Shown one piece after another: positions 61,704 to 64,000 of a stretch of DNA of 64,000 nucleotides; positions within the stretch are counted from its first letter, which is position 1, and each line of letters opens with the position of its first letter. Source of the DNA: Mobula hypostoma. Its lineage: Eukaryota. Both the position numbers and the translations under genes were made by a program. Below the pieces are notes generated by a model that searched no databases, was not told the DNA's origin, and saw only the letters and a program-made list of their open reading frames with translations. The stretch is from contig NW_026948269.1 of NCBI RefSeq assembly GCF_963921235.1, forward strand, positions 372,001 through 436,000, given 5' to 3'.

Positions 61704-62960
61704 TAGACCATAAGACCATAAGACAAAGGAGCAGAAGTAGGCCATTCGGCCCATCGAGTCTGCTCCGCCATTTTATCATGAACTGATCTATTTTATTCTA
61801 TTTAGTCCCACTGCCCCGTCTTCTCACCATAACCTTTGATGCCCTGGCTACTCAGATATCTATCAATCTCTGCCTTAAAGACACCCAATGACTTGGCCTC
61901 CACTGCTGCCCGTGGCAACAAATTCCATAGATTCACCACCCTCTGACTAAAAAAATTTTTTCGCATTTCTGTTCTGAAAGGGCGCCCTTCAATCCTGAAG
62001 TCATGCCCTCTTGTACTAGACTCCCCCATCATGGGAAACAACTTTGCCACATCCACTCTGTCCATGCCTTTTAACATTCGAAATGTTTCTATGAGGTCTC
62101 CCCTCATTCTTCTAAACTCCAAGGAATACAGTCCAAGAGCGGAGAAACGTTCCTCATATGTTAACCCTCTCATTCCCGGAATCATTCTAGTGAATCTTCT
62201 CTGTACCCTCTCCAACGTCAGCACATCCTTTCTTAAATAAGGAGACCAAAACTGCCCACAGTACTCCAAGTGAGGTCTCACCAGTGCCTTATAAAGCCTC
62301 AACATCACATCCCTGCTCCTATAGTCTATTCCTCTAGAAATGAATGCCAACATTGCATTCGCCTTCTTCACTACTGACTCAACCTGGAGGTTAACTTTAA
62401 GGGTATCCTGTACGAGGACTCCCAAGTCCCGTTGAATCTCAGAACTTTGAATTCTTTCCACCTTTAAATAATAGTCTGCCCATTTATTTTTTCTGCCAAA
62501 GTGCATAACCATACACTTTCCAACATTGTACTTCATTTGCCACTTCTCTGCCCATTCTTCCAATCTATCCAAGTCTCTCTGCAGACTCTCCATTTCCTCA
62601 GCACTACTGGCCCCTCCACCTATCTTCGTATCGTCAGCAAACTTAGCCACAAAGCCATCGATTCCATAATCTAAATCGTTGATGTACAATGTGAAAAGAA
62701 GCGGCCCCAACACGGACCCCTGTGGAACACCACTGGTAACCGGCAGCCAACCAGAATAGGATCCCTTTATTCCCACTCTCTGTTTCCTGCCAATCAGCCA
62801 ACGCTCTATCCACGTATGTAACTCTCCCGTAATTCCATGGGCTCTTATCTTGTTAAGCAGTCTCATGTGTGGCACCTTGTCAAAGGCCTTCTGAAAATCC
62901 AAATATACAACATCCACTGCATCTCCCTTGTCTAGCCTACTGGTAATTTCCTCAAAAAAT
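61704..62960 (-). mobile_element. Young 5'-truncated CR1 LINE with uninterrupted RT C-half ORF (61802-62917)
   Basis: YLDFQKAFDKVPH, GVPQGSVLGP, FADDTK in one 371-aa frame; (AGACCATA)n tail at ~61705-61722. Confidence 0.93.
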
Positions 62961-64000
62961 TGGTTGAATAGATTGTTAAAAATGTGTAAAAACAGAAATG
63001 ATGTATATTAAAAAGTGAGGTAGTGTCCAAAGCTTTCAAAGTCCATTCAGGAGTCGGATGGCAGAGGGGAAGAAGCTGTTCCTGAATCGCTGAGTGTGTG
63101 CCTTCAGGCTTCTGTATCTCCTGGCTGATGGTAACAGTGAGAAAAGGGCATGCCCTGGGTGCTGGAGGTCCTTTCTAATGGATGCTGCCTTTCTGAGACA
63201 CCGCTCCCTGAAGATGTCCTGGATACTTTGTAGGCTAGTACCCAAGATGGAGCTGACTAGATTTGCAACGTTCTGCAGCTTCTCACGGTCCTGTGCAGTA
63301 GCCCCTCCGTACCAGACAGTGATGCAGCCTGTCAGAATGCTCCCCACGGTGCAACTATAGAAGATTTTGTGCTTGTTTGTTGTCATGCCAAATCGCTTCA
63401 AACTCCTAAGAAAGTACAGCTGCTGTCTTACCTTCTTTATCACTACGTCAATATGCTGGGACAACCAACAGGAATTCTGCAGATGCTGGAAATTCAAGCA
63501 GCACACATCAAAGTTGCTGGTGAATGCAGCAGGCCAGGCAGCATCTCTAGGAAGAGGTACAGTCGAAGTTTCAGGCCGAGTCCTGACGAAGGGTCTCGGC
63601 CTGAAACGTCGACTGTACCTCTTCCTAGAGATGCTGCCTGGCCTGCTGCGTTCACCAGCAACTTCAATATGCTGGGACCAGGTTAGATCCTCAGGGATCT
63701 TGATGCCCAGGAATTTAAAGCTACTCACTCTCTCTACTTATGATCACTCTATGATGATCGGTATGTGTTCCCTCGTCTTACTCTTCCTGAAGTCCACAAT
63801 CAGCTCTTTCGTCTTACTGACATTGAGTGCCAGGTTGTTGCTGTGGCACCATTCCACTAGCTGGCATATCTCACTCCTGTATGCCCCCTCGTCACCACCT
63901 GAGATTCGACCAACAATGGTTGTATTGTCGGTAAATTTGTAAATGGTATTTGAGCTGTGTCTAGCCACACAGTCATGTGTATACAGAGAGTAGAGCAGTG
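62960..64000 (-). mobile_element. Rex-Babar LINE interrupted by a 201-bp inverted Penelope insert (63463-63663)
   Basis: KFTDNTTIVG, KTKELIVDFRK, SFKFLGI, FRNSFFPSAIRLLN; TSD TCAATATGCTGGGAC at 63448-63462 and 63664-63678. Confidence 0.9.

Noticed and set aside
63367-63942. 191-aa plus-strand ORF and the recurring peptides RPETSTVPLPRDAAWPAAFTSNF / TKGLGLKRRLYLFLEMLPGLL
   Set aside because: Antisense to a Rex-Babar RT, or translations of the non-coding Penelope hammerhead repeat; not genes.

Overview
Repeat-dense vertebrate genomic DNA. The repeat set (HER1-like CR1 LINEs, V-SINE, Penelope, Rex-Babar) and the gene content point to a cartilaginous fish, probably a ray; this taxon call is inference. 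Host genes are two tandem two-exon GPR139-like class A GPCR paralogs (8912-10955 intact, 324 aa; 22926-25344 frameshifted) and a KRAB-less tandem C2H2 zinc-finger gene on the minus strand (46237-47427), whose probable CpG-island promoter lies near 58.8-59.3 kb. The rest is mostly nested transposon debris: CR1, Rex-Babar, L1/Tx1, R4/Dong, Penelope, sushi-type chromodomain Gypsy elements and solo LTRs, a class I (epsilon/gamma-like) endogenous retrovirus remnant, and mariner and hAT fragments. The most notable hidden structure: (1) several minimal type-I hammerhead ribozymes on short Penelope-derived inserts with 14-15 bp TSDs, one just upstream of a GPCR splice acceptor; (2) a shared TATA + AARE + TGACGTGTCTCCC promoter signature in both GPCR genes; (3) a Tf1-type self-priming signal in the Gypsy element; (4) a perfect 39-bp-arm hairpin upstream of the ZNF coding exon; (5) a twin-priming L1 inversion; (6) a telomere-like tract inserted with a TSD into ERV pol; (7) a 28-bp CTCF-like minisatellite. 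Repeat boundaries were read by eye and are approximate unless exact motifs are quoted.
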